Of a stretch of DNA of 64,000 nt, positions 21,721 to 52,160 are shown one piece after another. The position numbers and the translations under genes were made by a program. The number at the start of each line of letters is the position of its first letter. Within the stretch, counting starts at the first letter, position 1. The stretch is from contig NC_087460.1 of NCBI RefSeq assembly GCF_036321535.1, forward strand, positions 4,588,001 to 4,652,000, written 5' to 3'. This DNA is from Camelus dromedarius (taxonomy: Eukaryota). The notes under the pieces are model-generated. The model was given only the letters and a program-made list of their open reading frames with translations. It did not search any database and was not told where the DNA came from.

Positions 21721-23851
21721 AAAAAACAATAACAACTTCAATGTCCTACTTTTAAGGTTACAAGGAATTTTTAACAGTCTGCGCCAACGGTCAAGGCCGT
21801 GACACATAGCTCACCACAAAAGAATTGCTTTCAGTGTTTAGGATAAACGCCTACTTATTCAGCAAGTTTAAAGTCTTCAGAAATGTGGTATTAGGCTGTT
21901 CAATAAAATTCTGATTAAAAGAAGATAGTGAGAGGTGGGTGGATCCAGTTATATGGGCAGCTAACCAGTTTCTCGGAGGATATGAGAGTATGACCATAAT
22001 CCCTCCAGGGGAAGAAGAAATGATGGTGATGGAGACAGAGAGACACAGGAATAGGAGTGGGGCAAACTAGAGGATGACAGAATTGGCCATTAGGGCTTGT
22101 GGAGCAAAGGATGCTCCAGAGAAAAGAGCTTCAGATGGCAGAGGGCACCCTCCATCACGTGTCTCTCTCACACACACCCCACAGCAGCACAGAGTCACCG
22201 AAAGGGCACTGGACTCTCAGTCGGGGTGACGTGGGTTCTAGCCCCAGCCCTGCCATTCCAACTCCATGTGTCACAGGGAGACAGGCTGGGTCCCTGGAAG
22301 CCTGGCTTCCTGGCTGGTCCTGGAGGAGTCGTGAACTTGTGCAAGGCACTTGGCCGTATAAGCCCGATAAGGAAAATGAGACACCATGACCTCTCTCCTC
22401 TAACTCTGATTAACCTGCGACAGAGAGACTAGGGGCGCTCAGCAGCACCGCTCCTGGGTGTGCCCCCTGTGGGTAACTGCCCGCGTGATGCACCTGTGCT
22501 GGCGCCTGCCGCTTTCAACAAACACTCTAGAAAAATGCCTGCCCCCTAACGCGGGCACCTGCCCTCATCTACTCCCTCCTCCCCCGAACTGGCACTTGTT
22601 TGCTTTTAAAATTCACTTTATCTTGAATCATGTAATGTATTAATATAAAAATGAATAATAGAATAAATAAGTTTTAATTTAACTTGTGGTGCCTTGCATA
22701 ATGATCAGAAGGCTTGTGTGTTTGTGTGCTGATGGAGGAAATAAACTATTTTTAACATGTCGATGAGGGATGGAGGAGAGAAGGAAACATCTCAGGCTGG
22801 AAATACTTCAGGCCAGGAGACACTCCAACGTGGGCTGGGGGAGGCAGGGCAAGGAAGGGCTGAGGGAAGGATTGCTGTCATCCTCAGTGGCTCCTGTTTT
22901 GTCCAGCAGGTCCTGCCCACCCAGCCAGGGGAGAGGGAGTTGGGGCGGGGCAGAGCAGGGTGGAGGCTACGCTGTGGCAAAGAGCCACCAGGACAGGCTG
23001 AACCTGAGGGCTCTGACGGAGGGAACTCTTGTGACACCACCGTTTTTCCCGCATCAGCTTGAGTCTGGGAAAGGGAAGTCAGGCATCATCACGTCAGTTC
23101 CTCATCACAACCTTTTCTACCTTCCCGCTCCCGCCATCATCTCCCGCTCTGTCTCAAAATTCAGCTCCTGGCTCCTCAGGACAGGGAGATTACAATTAAG
23201 TATATAATATCAATAAATATAATTATATCTTTATCAATTATTTCATATACAATTACATCAATATGTATAATTATAATTGAGTAAGACAAGGCAGCAGGGG
23301 AAAGGCCCCAAAGAGGACGAGGAAAGGTAAATTCTGGATTCCAGGTCAGATGCTGGAATCAGGAAAAGAACCAGGCGTCTGGAAGCCAGGGTTCCGCTCG
23401 GGCATCCCCCAATTTCTCCTTTGGTAAAAGCTAGAGGATTCCTGACACTGCTCTGTGATGATGCCAGAATGAGCTTTGAGTTTCCTGGAGGAGCAGGCCT
23501 GAGTCTCCCCTCCTCCACCACTACCAGGCAGTGGAGGACATTCCGCTGCAGCTGGGTGGTGGGTGGTACTCGGCAAACAGAGAGAAGGGTCACAGATGGT
23601 GGTGAGAGAAGAGCTGGGAAGGAAAGGTGGCTCAGGCAGTGGACGGGGGCACAACAGGTCTCCTGAGCGGAGGGCACCATGTCTTCACTTGCCCCCTGGA
23701 CATGGTGCTGGGCCCTTAGCACATGCTCAGCAACACCGACTGTCCCCTCCCCCCACCCAGGATCTCCCAGGCACTTGGGCCATGACTCAGGACTTGCATC
23801 CACTCACTATCCCCTGTATGGTACCCCCATCCAGCTCTCCAGACATTCTTT

Positions 23852-24011
23852 TTTTTTTTTAGTATTTTAAAAATAATTCATTGTTGTATTTATTTTATTT
23901 TGGTAGCAGGGAAGGTAATTAGGTTTATTTTTAGAGGAGGTACTGGGAACTGAACCCAGGACTTCGTGCAGGCTAAGCATGCACTCTACCACTTAAGCTA
24001 TACCCTCCCCT
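23852..24011 (-). mobile_element. Vic-1-like SINE inserted at the SCNN1A 3' end
   Basis: tRNA head on minus; 12-bp TSD cagacattcttt at 23840-23851 and 24012-24023. Confidence 0.92.
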
Positions 24012-24034
24012 CAGACATTCTTTATGCAACAACA

Positions 24035-24066
24035 TTTATTGAGTTCTTTATGCAACAACATTTATT
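24035..24066 (-). terminator. SCNN1A poly(A) signals, two AATAAA in a 26-bp tandem duplication of an L2 3' end
   Basis: TTTATT on + at 24035-24040 and 24061-24066. The minus strand reads gcaagtaggcaggtacttAATAAAtgttgttgcataaagaactcAATAAAtgttgttgcat, matching the recalled human SCNN1A mRNA end and the L2 terminus. Confidence 0.8.
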
Positions 24067-25078
24067 AAGTACCTGCCTACTTGCTCTAAATGGAACACTG
24101 GACTAGGCCCTGAGGATACACAGATGACCAAAGGTCCATTTCTGACCACAACGAGCTCACAGTCTAGCTGGGGAGGAAGACATAAAGGAACAAGAAAGTA
24201 AAACGTGACATCAGCATTTCCAAAGATGTTATGGTGTGCCACGGGAGTCCAGGGGAGAGGGGAGTGATCAATCCTGGGGAAGACAAGATGGGGCAGAAGC
24301 CTTGACAGAAGTCTTGATGTCTGAGCAGGGTTCTAAGGGACACAGAGTTCTCCAGTAGATGGCGGGGGAAGCTTCCAGGCTAAGGAAATAGTTTGAGCAA
24401 ATAAGCAGAGTTACAAAGGACAGGATGCAGGGCAGAGATGCTGGGGTGTGGCTCCGTGGGGGCACCTGGTAGATGAGGCTGGAAGAATCCTGAAGCCGAC
24501 TGGGAATGGTCAAGTCTTTACGACACAGAGCTGCTCCAGACTCCACCCTGGGGAGTCAGGGAAGGGGAATTGTCTAAGAACTAACCAAGGGAGCTTTTGG
24601 TGGGGCTTCCCACCCAAGTTCAAGAAGAGGAGCAAACGTCTTTGTCACTGGAAAGCAGCATGGAAGGCCACTCTGGGGCTGAATCCAGCTATCTTTGGGG
24701 AGGAAACCAAACCTGCTTCTGTGTGCCCTTGTTTGTGTTTTGTTCTGGTGGTCATTTGTTTCCTAGGAAAGTTCTTTGTCAAAGCTCCAAGCTCGGCTTG
24801 GCTGATTCAAGGGAAAAGAAGCCTCGTCTGTGCCTGGTGGGCACACCAGAGTTTCTCAAGGCAGGGCTGGGCATACGCGGCAGGAGCCAGGGCGCTGCTG
24901 GGCAGCTTCCTCAGCCCCTGCTCTCTGGACCTTTCCAGAGTTCCTTCTCCATCCTGCCCCCTCCCCCAACAACAGGGCTCCCAGAAGGCGCTGGGCAGCT
25001 CTGAGAGGAAGCCCCAGACATTCTTCAGTCCTGCTGAGGGAAGTGCCTGCCCTGAGGGGCAGACACTGCCCCTTCCTC

Positions 25079-44984
<19,906 letters not shown>

Positions 44985-45679
44985 GAGGCCTTGGTTTGCT
45001 TGGGGAGGAGGAGGGGGAGGGTCAGGCTTGCTCTCTGGGCCCTGGGAGCCCTCCGCCTCCATCATCGCGAGCCCAGCGCGAGGCTGCCCCCGGCCCGGCC
45101 CTCAGCCCGTTCGCATCCCACCCTGAGCCCACCTTCTCCCACCGCTCCCCGCAACTCTCCTCCCTGCCCAGGAGCCCGCTGACCTGCTGGAGTCCCGGCA
45201 AAAGAGCTGGAGCCGGGCTTCCCTGGAGTGGCCTCTTCCCTGCTTCCCTGATAAGGCCACCTTTTGGGTTGTGTCCTAGAACCTCCCTGTCCCCACTGCA
45301 GTCAGTCAGCCGGCTTAGTCAGTCTTTCTTCCCTCTTCTTCCTCAGGGATCTCTGTGTCTTAGCTCCTCTCTCTCCGTCTCTCTCTGACTTATCCTTCTC
45401 TGTGGGTCTCTCTCAGCTGTCTTCCTCCTTACCTGTCTCCTCTCCGTGTGCCAGGTTCTCTGGTCCTGCCTCTCTTCATCTGCCTCCCCACCTTGCCCCC
45501 TCTCCCCTCCAGTCTCTGGCCCTGACCTAGAGCTGTGTCCTGACTCCCTCTCTGTCCCAGGGACTGCCGAGCTCGGAGAGGTCTGGGCTGCCTCCTGCTG
45601 CCCGCTCTCAGGTTGTGGCTGGACTGAGACTGGTTCCTTTCCAGTTGAATCTGGCAGCCCAGCCTCTCCTCCCCCTCAC

Positions 45680-45800
45680 CTGACAGGTGCAGTGGCGGAG
45701 CCCGCCCGCCGGCCGGCAGGGGATGGAAGTGACAGAAGTCTCATTAGCATCTCAATTAAAGGTGAGCGGGGCAGGCAGGGGGAGGGGCAGAGGCGGAGTC
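45680..45800 (-). promoter_or_regulatory. SCNN1A: SCNN1A non-coding exon 1A and proximal promoter with TTTAA element
   Basis: Minus strand ctcacctttaattgagatgctaatgagac...gcacctgtcag|gtgagg, donor after 45680. Closely matches the recalled human exon 1A. 5' end is approximate. Confidence 0.75.
45723..45761 (+). CDS. LTBR: Alternative first coding exon of LTBR (MEVTEVSLASQLK), antisense within SCNN1A exon 1A
   Basis: Strong Kozak gggATGg, 13 codons, then AAG|GTGAGC donor in phase 0, matching LTBR exon 2 (phase 0). Resembles the recalled human LTBR isoform-2 N-terminus MEATGISLASQLK. Confidence 0.7.
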
Positions 45801-46498
45801 AGAGCTGAGAGCTCAACAGAGGGAGGAGGGCTCCTGAGGGCAGGTGACCGGGAGCACGGGCACTGGGGAAGGAGAGAGGGGGCAGAAGAAGAGTCAGGGC
45901 CTGGGCAGTGATGGGGACCTGGCAGGCCTGGAGACCAGGAGATGGAATGGCAGGCGAGGGCCAGAGGTCTTGGACCAGGAGAAGGGTCCTAAAGACAGAG
46001 CCAGGAGGGCAAAGCTAGGGAAAAGGACAAGCAGGATGTGTAAGACTAAGGTGGGGGGACCAGAAGAACAGGGGAGACAGGAAAAGGGAGATGGATGGAG
46101 GAGGACAGGGTGAAGGAGCATGAGGGAAGGATGGAGGAGGGGCAGAGAGAGGAGGATGAGGAGGAGAGAGCCAGCCCCAAAGGGAGTCCCCTCTTCCAGG
46201 CAGGAGAGCTGGGACTCCCTAAGTGGGCTTCCAGGAGTCAGGTTCCTCCCTGGGGGATCCCTCCAGGGGAGCACCTAGGTCAGCCTCATCCCCAGGTCTT
46301 GGAGAGGAAGGAGAAGCGGTATCTGCCAGTTTCCTCCCCACTTGCTGAAGTGGGAGCACCTCCCTGTCCCAGAGCCCCCTCCACCTGTCCTAGCTGGTCC
46401 ATCCTCTTCCCTCATGACTCCTCACCGCCACCCTTACCTTGGCCAGCCCAGGGAGCCAGGGAGGGGCCCAGGTGGAGCTGGGGGCTGGGCGGGGCCCC

Positions 46499-46513
46499 AG
46501 GACATTGTGTTCT
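46499..46513 (-). promoter_or_regulatory. Glucocorticoid/mineralocorticoid response element of SCNN1A
   Basis: AGAACAcaaTGTCCT on the minus strand, the same half-sites as the GRE described for the human and rat alpha-ENaC 5' flank; about 750 bp upstream of exon 1A. Confidence 0.75.
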
Positions 46514-49437
46514 TTTTCACACCACTGGCTGCCAGGCCAGGAAAGTGTAACGTCCCCTGTTGTGGTCACGGGGTTGCAGGAATGTGTGCACCGAGGGAGG
46601 CAGCGCAGGGGCCAGGCAGGGCACTTGGGCAGAGCCCCGGAGCCCAGGGAGGATCAGGGACAGCGGGCACTGAGGAGGCAGGGAGGGATGTGGGCCGTGC
46701 TGGGGGATCAGGAGGAAGATGCTGGGCCCGGCCCAAGTCTATATCAGCCCTGAGAGGAAGGAAAAGTGTTTCTCCTCCAAAATCTCTGCCCCAAACAATC
46801 CAGCAAAATAATAAAGGGTGAAGTAGCAGGCAGTGAAGGGGGAAGGGTCAGAAATTCAGGCCCCCAAAGAGGGTCCAGGAGGCACAGAGACCCAAGCACA
46901 CAGCTCAGGCAAGAGGTCTGCCACCGTGGCCTCGCAAGTTCCCTGGCTTCTCTCACCTCCTGGAGGAACAGGCCTGGGATGTGCGGACTCGGGCCCAGCC
47001 TGAGCGCCGATGTAGCCAGATGGGAGAGGACAGGCCTGCGATATCATGATGTCATAAGGCGAGGATCTTAGTGACAGAGGTGGGAACCAGGTGCTCAGGG
47101 AGCCTGGGGAGAGGGAAGCAGGAAGAGGTACTCACCCCAGGAGACTCTGGAAGACTTCCCGGAGAAGGCAGCATCTCAGCTGGGTCTTGAGAAACAGCAT
47201 GAGCTTAGGGTACAGCCCCATCTGTGGCTTCCTCTCTGGGCAGGCTGTCCCCTGTGGCCTCTTAAAGGGAGAGCTGCTGTCTCCCAGGATTCCAAACCTG
47301 TCCCGTTGCCTCCCTGACATGTGCTGGGAACATCTCCCCTTAGAAGGGGAAGGCTGACTTTTTCTTCATTTTCCATATAAAGAAACTGCCCTCTGCAAAG
47401 ATAAGCCAGTTTTCTGTGGACACAAAGCCAAGCAGCAGCAGAGTGAAGAACAGAAGCAGAAATCTTCCCGGGGGCGGGGGAGGGGGGCTTTGTCGGCTTA
47501 GGGCTTTCCTCGTACCTCCTGAGACAGGCCAGCCACAGACTCACAGGGACCTGGGGCTCCCCTGCACCTGGTTTTGAAAGCCAGGGCGGTTGACACACTT
47601 GCACACAAAGTCCACGGGTTCACCAGCCATCTGGGTCCTGGATTATCTCTCAGGCTCTGTGAGAAATCCTCTCCACGGTCTCCACCTTCCCAAGGGACAT
47701 CCTATCTATAGATGGGGTACTGCCTGTCCCATCTCAGAGGACCAGAGAGGAACCTCCCTGCCTTTTCTATTTTCTGGCTGGTGCCTGAAATCCAACCACT
47801 GGCTCAAGGCTGCACAGCAGGCAGTTTTCCTCTCAAGGGCTGTGTGAGCAGGGTGGCGAGGCCTGGGCTGGGCTGAGCCCAGAGAGCCGTGTCCCCAGAG
47901 CACCTGCCAGGGTGCGGCAGCTTAGAGACAGCAGCATTCCAGATCTGGAATGGGCCAGAGCAAGCTTGTTATTGTGAGAAAAATAGAAATCTGAGCCCTG
48001 CACTTGTGTCATAGCTCCATTAGAAATATTACCTTTAAGGTGCAGAAAAAATAAATACCTGAACACATTTGTGTCCCAACACAATTTTCCAACAACGCAG
48101 CAGTTTACAGAACAATAAAAGCCTCCTTTGGTCCCTATCCTTTCCCACCCCTCGGCCTAGGGGTCATTTGTGTCCGCCTGTGTCTTTTTTGTGTGTGCTT
48201 TATAGACCCACATGTATTTTTTAAAAACAAAATATATAGGTTTTTTTTTTAAATAAATGGGACCATGTTATAGGCATTATTCTGTGACTTCCATTTTGGC
48301 CTTTAAACTATGTGACTTTGAAAAGGACACTTTACCTCTCTGGGTCCCAGGGGGTGGGGGGTGGGGGATGTCAGGCAGCCCAGTTGGCCACAAAGGCCCT
48401 TTCCAACTAGCTCTGCATCTAGCCCCTTGCTTAACACATGAAGAAACTGAGGCTCCAAGAAGGAAATTGACTTGCCCACATCACCCAGGAGTTAGGTGGG
48501 GAGGGTCAGACTGAGAGCTGAGCCTCCCCTTTTCAAGCTCAGTGCGGCTCCCCTGACTTCCAGAGAAGTAGAGTCCTGTTCTGTGGGGGACCCGGGCCTT
48601 GCAGACTTTGTCTTGGAAGCTCCCCTGGCCTCTCGCAGAGCCCCAGTCCTTCCGTCCCCTCCCAGTGCCAGCCAACCTCTAACCCTGTGGTTTGGCCCTA
48701 AAATGTGCAAAAGCTTCAGGGAGAGAGGTGAGACTGGAGGGTCTGCTGCGGAGGAGGGGCTTCCTGCCCTTTCCTCCCCTGGGGACAGGAGAGGATGGAA
48801 ATGGTCACTCCCCCCCCCCCCCCAGCTCCAGGAGAGAGCCTTGTTTAGAACTCACCACGGCACTCACTGCCGGATGCTCATACCCCAGTGTGTGCGTGTG
48901 TGCATATGTGTATGTGTGTGTTTCCGCACACACGGATCATATTATGAGGACAGGCACTAGGCTTACTTGCCAGGTGGCCCCAGTGCCTAGTGGCCACTAT
49001 TTGTTGACTCCCCTCTGCAGAAGACAACAGAATTAGCATCTTGAGTAAGACCCAAGGTGTTCTTTGACGGAGAGCGATGTGCTATCCTCGAAACATCCAA
49101 CATCCTAATGTCCTCTGATAACCTATTAATTTGTGGTTTATTAACTTATCTAAATTTCCTTCACTTTTTTCATTTCAGTTTCAAGACTTTCTAGGGTAAA
49201 ACTGAGTCATTCAATTAAATGTAACTCTGTATTCTTGCTGCTTAGAGCTAATTAGCTTCTCCACGTTGGGCTCCCCACTGTGGAAAACAGTGATTCTTTT
49301 ACCTGCATTTATATGGCATGATTTTCTCTTTAATCTACATGATGCTCCAGAAAACCCTTCCCTGTCACTCTTAGTCCAGTCACCTGGCAGGGTGCCTAGA
49401 CATTCACCATTAGAAGTTTATTCCTTTGGGTTGAGTC

Positions 49438-49777
49438 CAGATTTCTCAACCTTGGCACTGTTGACATTTGGATAATTCTTCGTTGTAAGGGTTATCCTGT
49501 GTGTTGTAGGATGTTTAACAGCATCTCTGGCCTCTACCTACTAGATGCCAATAGCACCCCCTGAATTGTGACAATCAAAACTTCCTGCAGGGGGAGGGTA
49601 CAGCTCAGTGGTAGAACACATGCTTAGCATGCAGGAGGTCCTGGGTTCAATCCCCAATATCTCCTCTTAATTAAATAAATAAACCTAATTACCTCCCTCC
49701 CTGGCCAAAAAAACCATTCCTCCAAATATTGCCAAATGTCTTTTGAGGGGCAAAGTCACCCCTGATGAGAACGACTG
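49438..49777. mobile_element. MER20 (hAT-Charlie) DNA transposon, split by a SINE
   Basis: Termini atttctcaaccttggcactgttgacattt... and ...cctgatgagaacgactg, with internal ggcctctacctactagatgcc, match the recalled MER20 consensus. Confidence 0.8.
49590..49712 (+). mobile_element. Vic-1-like SINE nested in MER20
   Basis: Intact head and family tail interrupt the MER20 sequence. Confidence 0.9.
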
Positions 49778-50204
49778 GGCTAAGGGAGTGTCCCCAGTGC
49801 AAATGCTCTGGAGAAAGATGACCTCATCAATTATACATTTCTCAGCATTTGCCAGACCCGCTCCAAGCGCAGCAGTTGGCTAAGAGCCCTGTGGGGAAGA
49901 GGGGAGAAAGAAGAGTAGTTAGAAGAACCCTTTCCCACCAACCCCTTTTTTGATTCCCCGTGGGCCTCCGGGAGGAAGCACCTCCCGGCAAGCCCCTCTG
50001 GAGGGGCCCGGAGAAGGGCCTCCCTCCCACACACGCTGGGCGTCTCCGCGGCACTCTGTCCCCGTCTGGTGTTGCCCGGTGGAAATCAGCAAATCCTCAA
50101 GAAGCTGGTAACAAACACAGAGGGAAGAATCGGAGGCAATGCCTGCCCGTGAAGGGTTCACGGACCCCTCACCTCCTCATCCTCCTGGAGAACGTTGGGC
50201 CGAC

Positions 50205-50306
50205 ATAATAATTAATATGTATAGAAATATTAATATAATATATTATATAATAATATAATAATTATTAATATAATAATTATAGAAATATTAATCTTAATAT
50301 TAATAA
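50205..50306. repeat. Nearly pure AT low-complexity island
   Basis: About 100 nt with very few G/C. Confidence 0.9.
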
Positions 50307-50800
50307 GATTTGTCTGTCATGGTCCAGAAACAAGAAACAGTCTTAAGTCTTTCAAGTGGAGGAAATTTAACACAAGAAATCAGTACATGGTTGATGGAAG
50401 AGCTGAGAAGCCAACAGGAGAAAGCAAGGCAGCCCCGAAAAGAGCACAGCAGGAAGCAGCTACAAATCCAGGCTGGAAGGAGCACCTTACAAATGCATCA
50501 TCACTGACTCGGAAACCTCCAGAGCTATTTGACCGGAACGAAATAGTAAGGGCTGCCTGGTAGGAGATGGGACTGTGGAAGGAGAAAAGGAGGAAACACA
50601 GCTGACACAGCCAACTGCAGGCAAGGTCTGAGAGCAAAGAGAGGCGGAGAAAAAGCCTGGCTTCTTCCCTCTTCCCACCTACCTGTCCTCTACCCACCTG
50701 TCTTCCTATTGGCTGAAACTGTGGGAAAGCCAGAGGGAAAGGGGCTCTGGGAAATGTAGTTCCCAGTAGTGATGCAGAACAGAGCCGGGGAAAGGTGGAA
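50305..50800. mobile_element. Possible ancient ERVL-class LTR
   Basis: Purine-rich segment ending ...gagggaaaggggctctgggaaatgtagttcc. Weak family assignment. Confidence 0.3.
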
Positions 50801-51074
50801 AACAGATCAGATCAGCAAGCAAACCAGCAGTTGATTTGGCACAAAAAAAGAGGCCCACAGAGGTGAAGTGGTGGGGTCAGGATTAAAGTCCAGATCTTAG
50901 GGCTCTTTCTGTAGGACCCAGAGAGTCCTTGAAGGCTGAAGGGACAGCATGACATTGGCAGCAGAAAAAAGGCTGTGGCTCAGCCAGCTGGAATTGAAAA
51001 GGATCGAAATGGTGCCCACCTGTGAAGCAGGGAGCTTTGCCTGGAAAGGGCATGCAGGAACATTCTGGGGTGCA

Positions 51075-52160
51075 GGAAGTGTTCTGGAGAGAGACACTGG
51101 AATATATAAAAGCGAAAGTTCATTGACCTGTATACATAAGATTAGTGTGCTTTCAGCAGTTCACTGTTTATATGTCTTATACATCAATTAAAAAAAGAAG
51201 ATCCCTTCTTCCCTGTCTTTGAGTAAAATCTTGAAATATTCTCTGGTAAAATGACATATGTTTGGAATTTCCTTCAAAATAATTGAGAGGAGGTTAGAAG
51301 AGAGGTGGAGGGTTTTATGGAAGAAGTAAGACCCACCTGAGTTGAAGCTGGGAGTTCACAGTACTGTTTTCTCCTCTTCTGTGTATGTATTATATGTGAA
51401 TTTCCATAATAAANNNNNNNNNNNNNNNNNNNNNNNNNNNNNNNNNNNNNNNNNNNNNNNNNNNNNNNNNNNNNNNNNNNNNNNNNNNNNNNNNNNNNNN
51501 NNNNNNNNNNNNNNNNNNNNNNNNNNNNNNNNNNNNNNNNNNNNNNNNNNNNTCAGGATGCCATTATCAAANNNNNNNNNNNNNNNNNNNNNNNNNNNNN
51601 NNNNNNNNNNNNNNNNNNNNNNNNNNNNNNNNNNNNNNNNNNNNNNNNNNNNNNNNNNNNNNNNNNNNNNNNNNNNNNNNNNNNNNNNNNNNNNNNNNNT
51701 GTATGACCAGAAAACACAAAAACATACTGCACCCCAATGTTCATAGCAGCACAATTTACAATATCCAAGACATGGAAACAGCCCAAGTGCCCATCAACAG
51801 ATGATCGGTTTAAGAAGACATGGTGTATGTATATTTATATATATATATGAATATTACTCAGCCATAAAAAGAATGAAACATTGCCATTTGCAGCAACATG
51901 GGTGGGCATAGAGAGTATCATACTAAGTGAAGTAAGTCAGACAGAGAAAGACAAATAATACACGTGGAATCTAAAAAATAATACATAAAATAGATAAGCA
52001 ACAAGGATTTACTGTATAGGACTGGGAATGATATTTAATATCTTATAATAACCTATAATTGAAAACAACCTGAAAAAATATATATACAACTGAATAACTT
52101 TGCCATACACTGGAAACTAATACAATATTGTAAATCAAATAAATTTCAATTAAAAGAATT
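51075..52160 (+). mobile_element. L1 3'-end fragments, with N gaps
   Basis: ccaatgttcatagcagcacaatttacaat...ttgccatttgcagcaacatgg...gaaactaatacaatattgtaaatcaa plus A-rich tail. Confidence 0.85.
51414..51700. other. Two N gaps separated by a 20-nt island
   Basis: N at 51414-51552 and 51572-51700. Confidence 0.97.

Noticed and set aside
51553-51571. Short sequence island between two N runs
   Set aside because: Assembly or masking by-product inside an L1; no interpretable content.
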